A DNA stretch of 64,000 bases. Source: Bacteroidales bacterium (GTDB lineage Bacteria > Bacteroidota > Bacteroidia > Bacteroidales > P3). The stretch is taken from contig JAFZXE010000027.1 in assembly GCA_017616895.1 (NCBI GenBank), positions 18,438 to 82,437 on the forward strand. Reading direction: 5' to 3'. A program made the translations under genes and the position numbers. Below are positions 19,196 through 28,092 of this stretch, piece after piece. The notes beneath the pieces were generated by a model. The model saw only the letters and a program-made list of their open reading frames with translations. It was not told the origin of the DNA and did no database searches. Each line of letters opens with the position of its first letter. The stretch's first letter is position 1.

Positions 19196-20179
19196 TTGAG
19201 ACACAGCAGCAGACATAGAAGGAAAAATAGGGGCATCGCATGGATTGTGCTTTTGCTGCTGGTCGCCGGCGGGGTGTTTTGTGCATGGAAGTTTGTCGGC
19301 GGACACAAATCCAACGGTGACGACGCTGTGCTGACAGAGAGTCATAGCCGGTTGCTGCGTAGCGAGATACCAAAGATGTCGCCTATGTCCTATTCGGAGA
19401 TGTTTCCCGACATGAACGATGTTCAGATAGAAGCTGCAAGACTCAACGGTTTGCGCAATCCCGACAACCTGACCGACCCGGAAGACAGCTACGAACTGGT
19501 TCCCGTCGAAACCTGCGACGACTACGTGATAGACACCTTGCGCCATTCGAAGCCCTACCTTGTACCACAGGCTGCACGGCTGCTGACATACGTCGGACAT
19601 CGGTTTGAGGAAATCCAGACCGAGCACCAGGTGAAGCAAAAGGTGCGTCCCATAGTGACGAGTCTGTTGCGAAGCAGCCATGACGTAGGCCGTCTCCGCA
19701 GGGTGAACCGTAATGCCAGCGAGAATTCGTGCCATGTCTATGGCACAACCTTCGACATATCATACACCCGCTTCATGGACGAGAACGGACGTATCGTGAC
19801 CGAGGACCCGATATACAAGGAACTGCTGGCCGCCGCCCTCTACGAGTTGCGATTCGAGGGGTTGTGCTATGTCCGCTACGAGCGTCGTCAGCCATGTTTC
19901 CACATCACGGTGCGCACTGTCGATTATGATGGCGATTTGGCTAGCCAGACGGTAGAATACGAGGTTGGCAACGGCCCAGTGCTGACCGCTATGGCTGAAA
20001 AAGAAACGGTAGAGACGCAGGTGAAAAAGGAGGTGACAGAGGTAACTGTGGAGAAAGAAGAGAAAAAGGAGCACAATGCGAACGAGGTGAAACCGGAAGA
20101 ACCCGTCGTGAAGAAAAACAACAATGTGCGTAGTCACTCAAAAGATTTTGATCGCCGAACCAATTATGTGTTTGATTAA
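19196..20179 (+). CDS. membrane-anchored protein, possibly M15-like peptidase fold (DUF5715-like)
   Basis: N-terminal TM helix. SCHVYGTTFDISY resembles the H-x-x-G-x-A-x-D metal-ligand region of VanY/M15 peptidases. K/E-rich C-terminal tail. TTG start. Confidence 0.4.
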   Translation: MRHSSRHRRKNRGIAWIVLLLLVAGGVFCAWKFVGGHKSNGDDAVLTESHSRLLRSEIPKMSPMSYSEMFPDMNDVQIEAARLNGLRNPDNLTDPEDSYELVPVETCDDYVIDTLRHSKPYLVPQAARLLTYVGHRFEEIQTEHQVKQKVRPIVTSLLRSSHDVGRLRRVNRNASENSCHVYGTTFDISYTRFMDENGRIVTEDPIYKELLAAALYELRFEGLCYVRYERRQPCFHITVRTVDYDGDLASQTVEYEVGNGPVLTAMAEKETVETQVKKEVTEVTVEKEEKKEHNANEVKPEEPVVKKNNNVRSHSKDFDRRTNYVFD

Positions 20180-20209
20180 ATAGCTTCAAGTTTTAAATTC
20201 CAAGTATCA

Positions 20210-21310
20210 ATGAGTTTACAATGTGGCATAGTAGGACTTCCGAATGTAGGGAAGTCAACCCTTTTCAACTGTTTGAGTAATGCGAAGGCGCAGGCGGCGA
20301 ACTTCCCGTTCTGCACCATCGAACCCAATGTTGGCGTAATAACGGTGCCGGACGAGAGGCTTAATAAACTGGTGGAGATAGAACATCCCGCCAGCGTGGT
20401 TCCCGCAACGGTAGAGATAGTCGATATAGCAGGCCTTGTGAAGGGCGCCAGCAAAGGAGAGGGGTTGGGCAACAAGTTTTTGGGCAACATACGTACCTGC
20501 GACGCTATAATACACGTGTTGCGCTGTTTCGACGACGACAATGTGACGCATGTCGATGGAAGCGTCGATCCGATTCGCGACAAGCAGACGATAGACCTCG
20601 AGTTGCAGTTTAAAGACCTCGAAACCATAGAGAACCGCTATGAGAAGGAGGTGAAGAAGGCGAAAGCCGGCGGCGACGCGAAGGCGAAAAAGCTGGTGGA
20701 GGTGATGGATCTTTATAAGGCTGCATTGCTTGGAGGGAAGAACGCGCGAACGGTAGAGCTCGACGAAAGTCAGCAAGAGGCGGCAAAAGACCTGATGCTG
20801 CTTACCGCCAAGCCTGTATTGTATGTCTGCAACGTCGATGAAGGCTCGGTGAAGAACGGCAACAAATATGTCGATATGGTGAAAACTGAAGTGAGCAGCG
20901 AGGACGCAGAGGTGCTGGTGATAGGTGCCGCCATCGAAGCCGACATCGCCGAGTTGGAGACATACGAAGAGAAGCAGATGTTTCTGGAAGACCTGGGATT
21001 GAGTGAGTCGGGAGTGAACCGATTGATAAAGGCGGCATATAAGCTGCTGGGTTTGCAGACGTTCCTTACGGCAGGTCCGAAAGAATGTAGAGCGTGGACT
21101 TTCCGCAAGGGTATGAAAGCACCCCAGACGGCCGGCATCATACACAGCGACTTTGAGAGAGGTTTCATACGCGCCGAAGTGATAAAATATGACGACTATG
21201 TGACGCTCGGAAGCGAAGCCAAATGCCGCGAGGCAGGCAAAATTGCCGTCGAAGGTAAGGACTATGTCGTACAGGACGGAGATATAATGCATTTCAGGTT
21301 TAATGTGTGA
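20210..21310 (+). CDS. ychF: redox-regulated ATPase YchF
   Basis: 366 aa with GIVGLPNVGKSTLFN (G1), DIAGLVKGAS, and the C-terminal TGS domain (RAWTFRKGMKAPQTAGIIHSDFERGFI). Confidence 0.95.
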   Translation: MSLQCGIVGLPNVGKSTLFNCLSNAKAQAANFPFCTIEPNVGVITVPDERLNKLVEIEHPASVVPATVEIVDIAGLVKGASKGEGLGNKFLGNIRTCDAIIHVLRCFDDDNVTHVDGSVDPIRDKQTIDLELQFKDLETIENRYEKEVKKAKAGGDAKAKKLVEVMDLYKAALLGGKNARTVELDESQQEAAKDLMLLTAKPVLYVCNVDEGSVKNGNKYVDMVKTEVSSEDAEVLVIGAAIEADIAELETYEEKQMFLEDLGLSESGVNRLIKAAYKLLGLQTFLTAGPKECRAWTFRKGMKAPQTAGIIHSDFERGFIRAEVIKYDDYVTLGSEAKCREAGKIAVEGKDYVVQDGDIMHFRFNV

Positions 21311-21484
21311 GGTTTGTTGATATGTTGATACGTTGATATGTTGATATGATAAAAAGGTTTGAAAGGTTTTGATAAGTCTAATAAGTCCAATGGGTCTAAT
21401 AAGTCTAAATAGGTCTAATAAGTCTAATGGGTTGATAGTTTGATATGTTGTTAAGAGGTCATAAAGGTTTTAGAGGTTTTAATG
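21311..21484. repeat. composite word array (GTTGATATG, AAGGTTT, TAAGTCTAAT(GGG) modules), running into the next ORF
   Basis: GTTGATATGTTGATACGTTGATATGTTGATATG, then GGTTTGAAAGGTTTTG, then ATAAGTCTAATAAGTCCAATGGGTCTAATAAGTCTAAATAGGTCTAATAAGTCTAATGGG. The first ~13 codons of the downstream ORF (HKGFRGFNG) are AAGGTTTTA words. Confidence 0.95.
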
Positions 21485-24210
21485 GGACTTGTGTTTTACG
21501 CGTTCCACTTCTGATCCTTTTGGTCTTTTCGACCCTTTTGGCTTTGCAGTCGTGCTCGACGAGCAAGGCCAAGTGGGCCAATATCCGCTATCACAACCTG
21601 ACGGCACACTACAACGTGTGGTGGAACGGCAACGAGAGTCTCAAAGAGGGTGTGAAGGACTTGAATAAAAAGATAAACGACGACTACACCCAGATTCTGC
21701 CCGTATATAAGCTCGGTACCACCGCCGAAGCCATGTCGGTAAAACCAAAGTTCGACCGTGCTATTGAGAAAGGAGTGAAGGGCATAAAGAAACACAGCAT
21801 CTTTGTCCACGGGAAAGAACATGTGCCGTATATCCGCAAATGCTACATGTTGACCGCCTACGGTTCGTTTTACGAGCACGACTATGTCACCTGCGAAAAC
21901 ACATGCCAGATGATGGCGGCGCAGTATGCCGGTACAAAGGAGGGCGACGAAGCAAAGATACTAATGTCTCGATGTCATGCGGCTGACAAGCAGTACCTGA
22001 TTGCCGAGCAGGAACTTGACCAGCTGGTGCAGAAGATGAAAGACGGCGCCTTCTCCAAGAAACTCGAAAGCAAGCTCTATATGGCGATGGTGGAAAGCCT
22101 GCTGCCACAGGAACGCTACAAGAAATCTGTTGAGTATATCAAGCTTGCCCTTGAAAACACCAAAGACCGGGAGACCAAGGCCAGGCTCTATTTCATCATG
22201 GCACAGATATACCAGAAGCTGAACAAGAAACCAACCGCCACCAAATACTACCAGAAAGCGATAAAAAACACCGAACTCTACGTGATGGAGTTCAATGCAC
22301 GCCTTAACATAGCCTCCTGTGCCGACCTCGAACATACTGACATACCCAAGCTCGAGAAGCAGCTGAACCGCATGCTCAAGGAGAGCAAGAACGAGGAATA
22401 CCGCGACCAGATATACTATGCCATGGGCGAGATGTATATGGGAGTGAAGAACGCCAAGAAAGCCTGCGACAGCTATAGGCAGTCAGTCGCAGCCGCCACA
22501 AAGAACCAGCCGCAGAAAGCCAAGTCGTCGCTCCGTTTGGCCGAAGTGCTCTACGATGTCTATGAAAACTACGACCTCTCGCAGATTTACTACGACACCG
22601 CCATGCAGATAATCACTCGTGAATATCCACACTATGGCGAGATTAAGTCAAGGTACGACGTGCTTACAGCCTTGGTTTCATACACCCGTGTCATCGACCG
22701 CAACGACAGCCTGATAGCCGTTTCTGAGATGCCTAAGGCTGAACGTGACGCTTTGATTAGAAAAAAGATAGAAGACCTCAAAAAACAAGAGGAAGAAGCC
22801 AAGGAACGAGAGCTGCTGGCACAGCTCGCCTCCGATACCAAGGCGGCTCAGAACACCCTCACTGGCGACTGGTATTTCTACAACCACAACACCGTCCAGA
22901 AAGGCAAGGAGACCTTCCGCCAGCGATGGGGTATGCGAACACTCGAAGACTTCTGGTTCCTCTCCAAGAAAGGCCTTATGGGTGTGAATATGCTTGCCAT
23001 GACCGAAGAGGAATCCCCGTCCGATGAAGAGTCTGACGACAGCGACACCACCGCCTCGCAGGAAAGCCTCCCTCGTGGAGCCGACCCCAACGACCCTCAC
23101 AACGCCGCCTACTACACCAAAGACCTGCCTACCACCATCGAGCAGAAAGACTCCATGCGTGCCGAGATAGCCGTCGCCCTGCTCAATGCCGGATATATCT
23201 ACTACGACGGCATCGGCAACGTGCCGCGAGCCCTCGAGTGCTACCTGCGTATGGCCAACGAGTTCCCCGAAAACGATGAGATTGTCCAGGCCTTCTACAT
23301 GCTCTACCGTATCTACAGCAAACAAGGCAACACACCCCAGGCCAACTACTACCGCGACATGATTCTCATGGGATTCCCCGACAGCGACTATGCCAACCTC
23401 ATTCGAGACGAGGATTACTACAAAGAGATTATACGTCGTGAACAGCGAATCAAGGACGAGTATGAAGACCTCTATGCACTCTTCCGCAAACGTCGCTACA
23501 ACGAGGTAATCAATCAGGCCGCAGTGGCACGTGAAACATTCGCAGGCGACCCCATGATCGCCAAGTTCAACTACTGGGAAGCCATGTCATACGCCCGGAT
23601 AGGGGAGAAGGAGAAAGCCATATCTGGATTTGAGAACATCGTGGCCACAAGCGACAAGTCCGACTCCATCGTACCTCTTGCACAGCTGCAGCTCAAGTAT
23701 CTCAAAGGCGACGCCTACGTCGAAGAACCCGAAACCGCCGAAACAATCACACCCGAGGAAGAAACCGTCGCCTCCGGTCGCACCCCTCGCACCCTCCAGC
23801 CCGAGCAGCCAGTCCAGGAAGAACAGCTGCCACCCGAGGCTCTCTATTTCCGGTATAAGGAAACACTACAGCACTACGTCATCATCCTCGTGAACGACAA
23901 GAAGATACGTGCCACCGAATTCCAGTACCGCATAGCCGACTTCAATGCCGAGTACTACTCCAATGCAGGCTACAAAGTCAATGCACTCATGTTCACCGAC
24001 TCCACCCAGATGGTCACCATCCACCGCTTCAAGAACGCGGCCGAAGCCATGCTCTACTACACCCACCTCCAGCAGCCAGAAAGCCCACTCAACGAGTTCA
24101 ATAGCGACTACTACGAAGTTTTCCCCATATCCACCCAGAACTACACAACCTTCTACAACCGCAAAAACGTCGAAGCCTACCGCCTCTTCTTCCAAAAATA
24201 CTATCACTAA
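21445..24210 (+). CDS. TPR-repeat outer-membrane lipoprotein (PorW/SprE-like)
   Basis: 921 aa with lipobox LLALQSC, an N-terminal RYHNLTAHYNVWWNG motif resembling SprE/PorW, and multiple TPR-like helical repeats. The family call is from memory. Confidence 0.5.
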   Translation: MLLRGHKGFRGFNGTCVLRVPLLILLVFSTLLALQSCSTSKAKWANIRYHNLTAHYNVWWNGNESLKEGVKDLNKKINDDYTQILPVYKLGTTAEAMSVKPKFDRAIEKGVKGIKKHSIFVHGKEHVPYIRKCYMLTAYGSFYEHDYVTCENTCQMMAAQYAGTKEGDEAKILMSRCHAADKQYLIAEQELDQLVQKMKDGAFSKKLESKLYMAMVESLLPQERYKKSVEYIKLALENTKDRETKARLYFIMAQIYQKLNKKPTATKYYQKAIKNTELYVMEFNARLNIASCADLEHTDIPKLEKQLNRMLKESKNEEYRDQIYYAMGEMYMGVKNAKKACDSYRQSVAAATKNQPQKAKSSLRLAEVLYDVYENYDLSQIYYDTAMQIITREYPHYGEIKSRYDVLTALVSYTRVIDRNDSLIAVSEMPKAERDALIRKKIEDLKKQEEEAKERELLAQLASDTKAAQNTLTGDWYFYNHNTVQKGKETFRQRWGMRTLEDFWFLSKKGLMGVNMLAMTEEESPSDEESDDSDTTASQESLPRGADPNDPHNAAYYTKDLPTTIEQKDSMRAEIAVALLNAGYIYYDGIGNVPRALECYLRMANEFPENDEIVQAFYMLYRIYSKQGNTPQANYYRDMILMGFPDSDYANLIRDEDYYKEIIRREQRIKDEYEDLYALFRKRRYNEVINQAAVARETFAGDPMIAKFNYWEAMSYARIGEKEKAISGFENIVATSDKSDSIVPLAQLQLKYLKGDAYVEEPETAETITPEEETVASGRTPRTLQPEQPVQEEQLPPEALYFRYKETLQHYVIILVNDKKIRATEFQYRIADFNAEYYSNAGYKVNALMFTDSTQMVTIHRFKNAAEAMLYYTHLQQPESPLNEFNSDYYEVFPISTQNYTTFYNRKNVEAYRLFFQKYYH

Positions 24211-24211
24211 T

Positions 24212-24225
24212 GTACGTGCCCGCAC
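24212..24225 (+). repeat. stop-proximal motif copy GTACGTGCCCGCAC
   Basis: One mismatch to the 13770 copy, 2 nt after the stop at 24210. Confidence 0.75.
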
Positions 24226-24320
24226 GGGACAGATTATTTTGTGAAATTGTGAATTATTCGCTTGATTTAATTTGATACAGCGGTGCTCATGAATGCTAAA
24301 GCATTTGACAAATGAAACTC

Positions 24321-24394
24321 TAACCCTTTAAACTTTCAAACCTTTAACCCCTTAAACCTATCAACGTATCAACATATTAACACAATAATAAATC
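24321..24394. repeat. composite word array (TTAAACCTT = reverse of AAGGTTTAA; TATCAAC; TTAACACAAT)
   Basis: TAACCCTTTAAACTTTCAAACCTTTAACCCCTTAAACCTATCAACGTATCAACATATTAACACAATAATAAATC, ending 3 nt before the bactofilin ATG. Confidence 0.9.
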
Positions 24395-24397
24395 ATC

Positions 24398-24784
24398 ATG
24401 GCAAAAACATTTGAAATGGAAAACAGCACAGTAAACACAATCAGCGCAGGCACCGTCATCAAAGGAGACATCACCGCCCAGGGCGACTTCCGTCTCGACG
24501 GACGTCTCGAAGGCAACATCCAGCTTAATGGCAAACTAGTCGTCGGCGAGAACGGACAAATCAAAGGCAACATCGTCTGCCAGAATGCCAATGTCATCGG
24601 ACATGTTGACGGCAACATCTCCGTCAAGGAAGTCCTCACGCTCCATTCCACCGCCGTCGTCAAAGGCGACATCCTCATCAACAAACTCGCCATCGAGCCC
24701 GGCGCAGCCTTCTCCGGTACCTGCCGCATGCTCGACGAACTCCGTAAAGAAAACGACAACGAAGAATCCTACACCAACGAATAA
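24398..24784 (+). CDS. bactofilin (polymer-forming cytoskeletal protein, DUF583)
   Basis: 128 aa of repeating beta-helix windings (GDITAQGDFRLDGRLEGNI, NGKLVVGENGQIKGNI, VIGHVDGNI, VVKGDI) typical of bactofilins. Confidence 0.85.
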   Translation: MAKTFEMENSTVNTISAGTVIKGDITAQGDFRLDGRLEGNIQLNGKLVVGENGQIKGNIVCQNANVIGHVDGNISVKEVLTLHSTAVVKGDILINKLAIEPGAAFSGTCRMLDELRKENDNEESYTNE

Positions 24785-24822
24785 CCCTTCAACCCCTTTA
24801 AACATATCAACCTATCAACAAT
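24785..24822. repeat. word array (CCTTCAAC, CATATCAAC)
   Basis: CCCTTCAACCCCTTTAAACATATCAACCTATCAACAAT fills the 41-nt spacer. Confidence 0.85.
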
Positions 24823-24825
24823 AAA

Positions 24826-26373
24826 TTGAAACCCGACAACTCCACCGTTTTAGCCCTCTTCCGCCAGTGGGCCGGCGTCGATTGTGAGCTATGTTCAGAG
24901 CTCGGAGCCAACGGCTCCAACCGCAAGTACCTCCGTCTCTCCGCAAGCGGCAAATCCTGCATCGCCGCCATAAACGACGACCTTCGCGAAAACGAAGCTT
25001 TCCTCTATTTCTCCCGCGAGATGAAGTCCCGTGGAATAAGTGTGCCACAGATATACGCAGTCAGCGGCGACCATCGCTGTTACCTGCAGCAAGACCTTGG
25101 CGACACCACCTTATATTCATATCTCTATGCTAAACGTCAGAGCGGAGTTGGGTTTGATGGAGAGTCGATAGAACTATACAAGCAGGTCCTTTCAGACCTT
25201 GTAGATATACAGACACGTTGTCGTGATGTGAATTTCAATCATGCATATCCGCGTAGCGATTTCGACAGACAGGCGATACAGTGGGACTTTAACTATTTCA
25301 AGTATTTCTTCCTTAAGCTACTCTACGTACCCTTCGACGAGCAGCTCCTCGAAAACGACTTCCAGGTGCTTATAGATTACCTGCTCGCTGGCGACTGCTC
25401 CGCCTTCATGTACCGCGACTTCCAGACACGTAATATTATGGTGGTTAGCGGTCAGCTGTCGGTTTCTGGTTGCCGGTCACATGTATCAGATCACGGGTTA
25501 CAACTATACTACATCGACTACCAGGGTGCTCGCAGAGGTGCTCCACAGTACGACGCAGCCTCGCTTCTTTACAGTTCAAAGGCCGAGATACCCGAAGCCA
25601 TAAGGCAGGAATTACTTAAGCATTATGTCGATTGCTATTATCGTCAAGCAGTCAGCGGTCAGTCTTTGTGCACAAGTCACAAGTCACAGGTCACTAGGGA
25701 ATCTTTCACCCAGCGTTTCTACGCATACGTCCTCGCACGTATTATGCAGGCGATGGGTGCATACGGCTATCGGGGGCTTTATGAGCGCAAGGATTATTTT
25801 ATAAACAGCATACCGCTTGCGGTTTCAAATCTTCGAACTGTAGTCGAAAAACTGCCGCAAGAACTGAATATTCCGCATCTAAGGGAAGTGTTTAATGCAA
25901 TAGTAAACTCACAATTAGCAGTCAGCGGTCAGCAGTTTGCAACCCTTCAACCCTTCAATCCTTCACATTCCACAATACCTTCAGACGAATTGACAGTGAC
26001 TGTTGGAAGTTTTTCATACAAGAAAGGGTTGCCGACTGATCCGTCAGGCAATGGAGGCGGATTCATTTTCGACTGCCGCGCGTTGCCCAATCCAGGTCGC
26101 TATCCCGAATATCGGAATGTTACAGGCAAGGACCCGTCGGTTATTGCATTTTTGCAAAAAGAAGAAGCCGTATCTCATTTTATCGACCACGCCTGCGCTC
26201 TCGTCTCACAATCCGTGAAAAAATATACCGAGCGCAAGTTTTCCAGTCTTCAGGTATTCTTCGGCTGCACCGGCGGCCAGCATCGCTCCGTCTATTGTGC
26301 CGAACAAATGGCCTCCTTCCTCCGTAAAAACTTTGATTGTCACGTTGTTCTAAAACATCGTGAGCAGTCTTGA
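24826..26373 (+). CDS. fusion protein: APH-fold (AmgK-like) kinase domain plus RapZ C-terminal domain
   Basis: The N-terminal ~350 aa carry the kinase catalytic region YRDFQTRNIMV and IDYQGARRGAPQYDAASLL, the APH/AmgK pattern HRDxxxxN ... IDFQDA. The C-terminal ~125 aa (LTVTVGSFSYKKGLP, FDCRALPNPGRYPEYRNVTGKD, AFL, GCTGGQHRSVYCAEQ) align motif for motif with the RapZ C-domain. TTG start. Confidence 0.75.
   Translation: MKPDNSTVLALFRQWAGVDCELCSELGANGSNRKYLRLSASGKSCIAAINDDLRENEAFLYFSREMKSRGISVPQIYAVSGDHRCYLQQDLGDTTLYSYLYAKRQSGVGFDGESIELYKQVLSDLVDIQTRCRDVNFNHAYPRSDFDRQAIQWDFNYFKYFFLKLLYVPFDEQLLENDFQVLIDYLLAGDCSAFMYRDFQTRNIMVVSGQLSVSGCRSHVSDHGLQLYYIDYQGARRGAPQYDAASLLYSSKAEIPEAIRQELLKHYVDCYYRQAVSGQSLCTSHKSQVTRESFTQRFYAYVLARIMQAMGAYGYRGLYERKDYFINSIPLAVSNLRTVVEKLPQELNIPHLREVFNAIVNSQLAVSGQQFATLQPFNPSHSTIPSDELTVTVGSFSYKKGLPTDPSGNGGGFIFDCRALPNPGRYPEYRNVTGKDPSVIAFLQKEEAVSHFIDHACALVSQSVKKYTERKFSSLQVFFGCTGGQHRSVYCAEQMASFLRKNFDCHVVLKHREQS
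25444..25494. repeat. in-frame intergenic-type words inside the kinase domain
   Basis: GTTAGCGGTCAGCTGTCGG ... GGTCACATGTATCAGATCAC encodes VSGQLSVSGCRSHVSDH, between the catalytic loop and the IDYQ (DFG-equivalent) motif. Confidence 0.8.
25647..25694. repeat. in-frame intergenic-type words (AGCAGTCAGCGGTCAG; CACAAGTCACAAGTCACAGGTCAC)
   Basis: The exact 16-mer AGCAGTCAGCGGTCAG is shared with 25917-25932. The GTCACA words are as in the intergenic arrays. Confidence 0.85.
25915..25983. repeat. in-frame intergenic-type words forming the inter-domain linker
   Basis: TTAGCAGTCAGCGGTCAGCAG followed by CAACCCTTCAACCCTTCAATCCTTCACATTCCACAATACCTTC encodes LAVSGQQFATLQPFNPSHSTIPS, between the kinase and RapZ_C domains. 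Confidence 0.85.
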
Positions 26374-26417
26374 AAAAACTTTCCTCTATCTATAACTGAA
26401 TTTTAAACTTTTATTTG

Positions 26418-26425
26418 TATTTTTG
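26418..26425 (+). promoter_or_regulatory. Bacteroidota -7 box (TATTTTTG)
   Basis: Lies 39 nt upstream of the ATG at 26464. Confidence 0.5.
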
Positions 26426-26463
26426 CACTGCTTTATCATCTAGCAAATATAAAATATTAAACA

Positions 26464-27174
26464 ATGAATAAAACTGTAAAAATTATTCTTGAAGCGGTTC
26501 TGGCCATCCTTGTGATTGGTCTTGGTATCTGGCTCTATGTGAGCATCAGCAAACCCGTGAAATTCGATGAGGAATACAACAAGCGTGGCGTCGCATGTGC
26601 AGACAAACTCCGCGCAATCCGCACCCTCGAGGAAGCCTACAAGCAGACCTACAACTGCTACTGCGGCAATTTCGACACCCTTTTCGGCCGTCTGCTCAAC
26701 GAGGACAGCCTCCGTATCACAACTAAGGTCGTCTTCCGTGACAAATTCCCGCAGGACAGCAACTTCGTCCTTGAGGAAATCTCCGAGCTCGAAGCCATCA
26801 AGAAAGGCTATATCGCACGCAAGGACACCCTCGTCAACCCCATCAAGCAACTCCGTGAAAACGGCAAGCTGCCCATAACCCTGGCCGACGGCTCCGTGCG
26901 CCAGATGACCGACGAGGAAATCCTCAACCTCCGCTATCTCCCTTATCCCAAGGGCACAACCGAAGAGTTTGAAATCAATGCCGGCATGAAAGAGTCAACC
27001 GGTGGTTTCAACGTCCCTGTGGTCGAGGTCAAAGTCGATATCGACCGTCTTATGAGCGACTGCGACCGTCAGCTTGTCGTCAACAAGAAAGACAAACTCG
27101 TCTCTGGCAACAAATATCCCGGCTGGAAATTCGGAAGCATGGACGAGTCCATTGTCGAAGGCAACTTCGAATAA
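26464..27174 (+). CDS. hypothetical membrane-anchored protein
   Basis: 236 aa with a single N-terminal TM helix (ILEAVLAILVIGLGIWLYV). No recognisable domain. Confidence 0.5.
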   Translation: MNKTVKIILEAVLAILVIGLGIWLYVSISKPVKFDEEYNKRGVACADKLRAIRTLEEAYKQTYNCYCGNFDTLFGRLLNEDSLRITTKVVFRDKFPQDSNFVLEEISELEAIKKGYIARKDTLVNPIKQLRENGKLPITLADGSVRQMTDEEILNLRYLPYPKGTTEEFEINAGMKESTGGFNVPVVEVKVDIDRLMSDCDRQLVVNKKDKLVSGNKYPGWKFGSMDESIVEGNFE

Positions 27175-27194
27175 TAACATGTGTTCAAACTACG

Positions 27195-27224
27195 CCCCCG
27201 ATACGCTTACGTCGGGGGTTTTTG
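27195..27224 (+). terminator. rho-independent terminator
   Basis: Stem CCCCCGA / TCGGGGG followed by TTTTTG. Confidence 0.75.
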
Positions 27225-27261
27225 TTTATAGTGTACCGTCTTAAATTTAGCATTAATACAA

Positions 27262-28080
27262 ATGGCCTACACAATTAAAACTTACATAGCCGACACGGCG
27301 GAGGTCAGTTCTGCCGACAAGAAACTCTCTGTCTCGCTTAAGCCCGACGGCTTTTCGTTCACGGTTTTCTCCGGCAACCGTCATCTGCTTCACTATTGCG
27401 ATGTGGCGCTCGACACGACTGGTTCCATCGCCACCATCTCGGCAGACATCAAAGCCCTGTTCGCCGACAAGAAAATCATGACCTTCGGTTTCAAAGAAGC
27501 CGAACTGATCGCCACCACCGAACTCTCGTCATGGCTCCCCGAGCATCTCTACGAGAGAGGCCGCGAACGCCAGTACCTTTCCTTGGTAGGCAACACAAAG
27601 TCGGGCACCACCTGCTTCAGCGACTACAACGAGTTGCTCAAATCCTATGTCGTGTTCTCAGCCGATTCAACAGCCGTCTCGGCATTCAAAATTACCTTCC
27701 CCGGCATCAGAGTTCGTTGTCAGTATTCGAAACTTGTCGTGCCGGAGTTCGTTCAGCAAAGCGACCCCGTCATGTTGCTCAACGTACGCCGAGGATGCTG
27801 TGATATCGTTGCATCGTCGGGCGGACAGCTTCAACTGTCCAACTCATACGAGTGCCCCACTCAGGGCGATGTCATGTACCGCGCTTTGAATTTGGCCAAG
27901 TCGCTTGGAATCGACAATACCGCTCTTACCCTCTGGCTTTGCGGCGATGTTGACAAGTCAACCTACGACATGTTCATCAAATATTTCCCGCAGGTCAAAC
28001 TATACACCGGGCACCCATTCACTTGCAACAACGAGGAGTTCAGAAACATCCATGTCTATAGGGATGTCTTGGTGTTCTAA
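27262..28080 (+). CDS. DUF3822-like protein
   Basis: 272 aa. The N-terminal LSVSLKPDGFSFTVF pattern and the position immediately upstream of rsmD match what I recall for DUF3822 in Bacteroidota. Confidence 0.5.
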   Translation: MAYTIKTYIADTAEVSSADKKLSVSLKPDGFSFTVFSGNRHLLHYCDVALDTTGSIATISADIKALFADKKIMTFGFKEAELIATTELSSWLPEHLYERGRERQYLSLVGNTKSGTTCFSDYNELLKSYVVFSADSTAVSAFKITFPGIRVRCQYSKLVVPEFVQQSDPVMLLNVRRGCCDIVASSGGQLQLSNSYECPTQGDVMYRALNLAKSLGIDNTALTLWLCGDVDKSTYDMFIKYFPQVKLYTGHPFTCNNEEFRNIHVYRDVLVF

Positions 28081-28092
28081 ATTCTAGGACAG

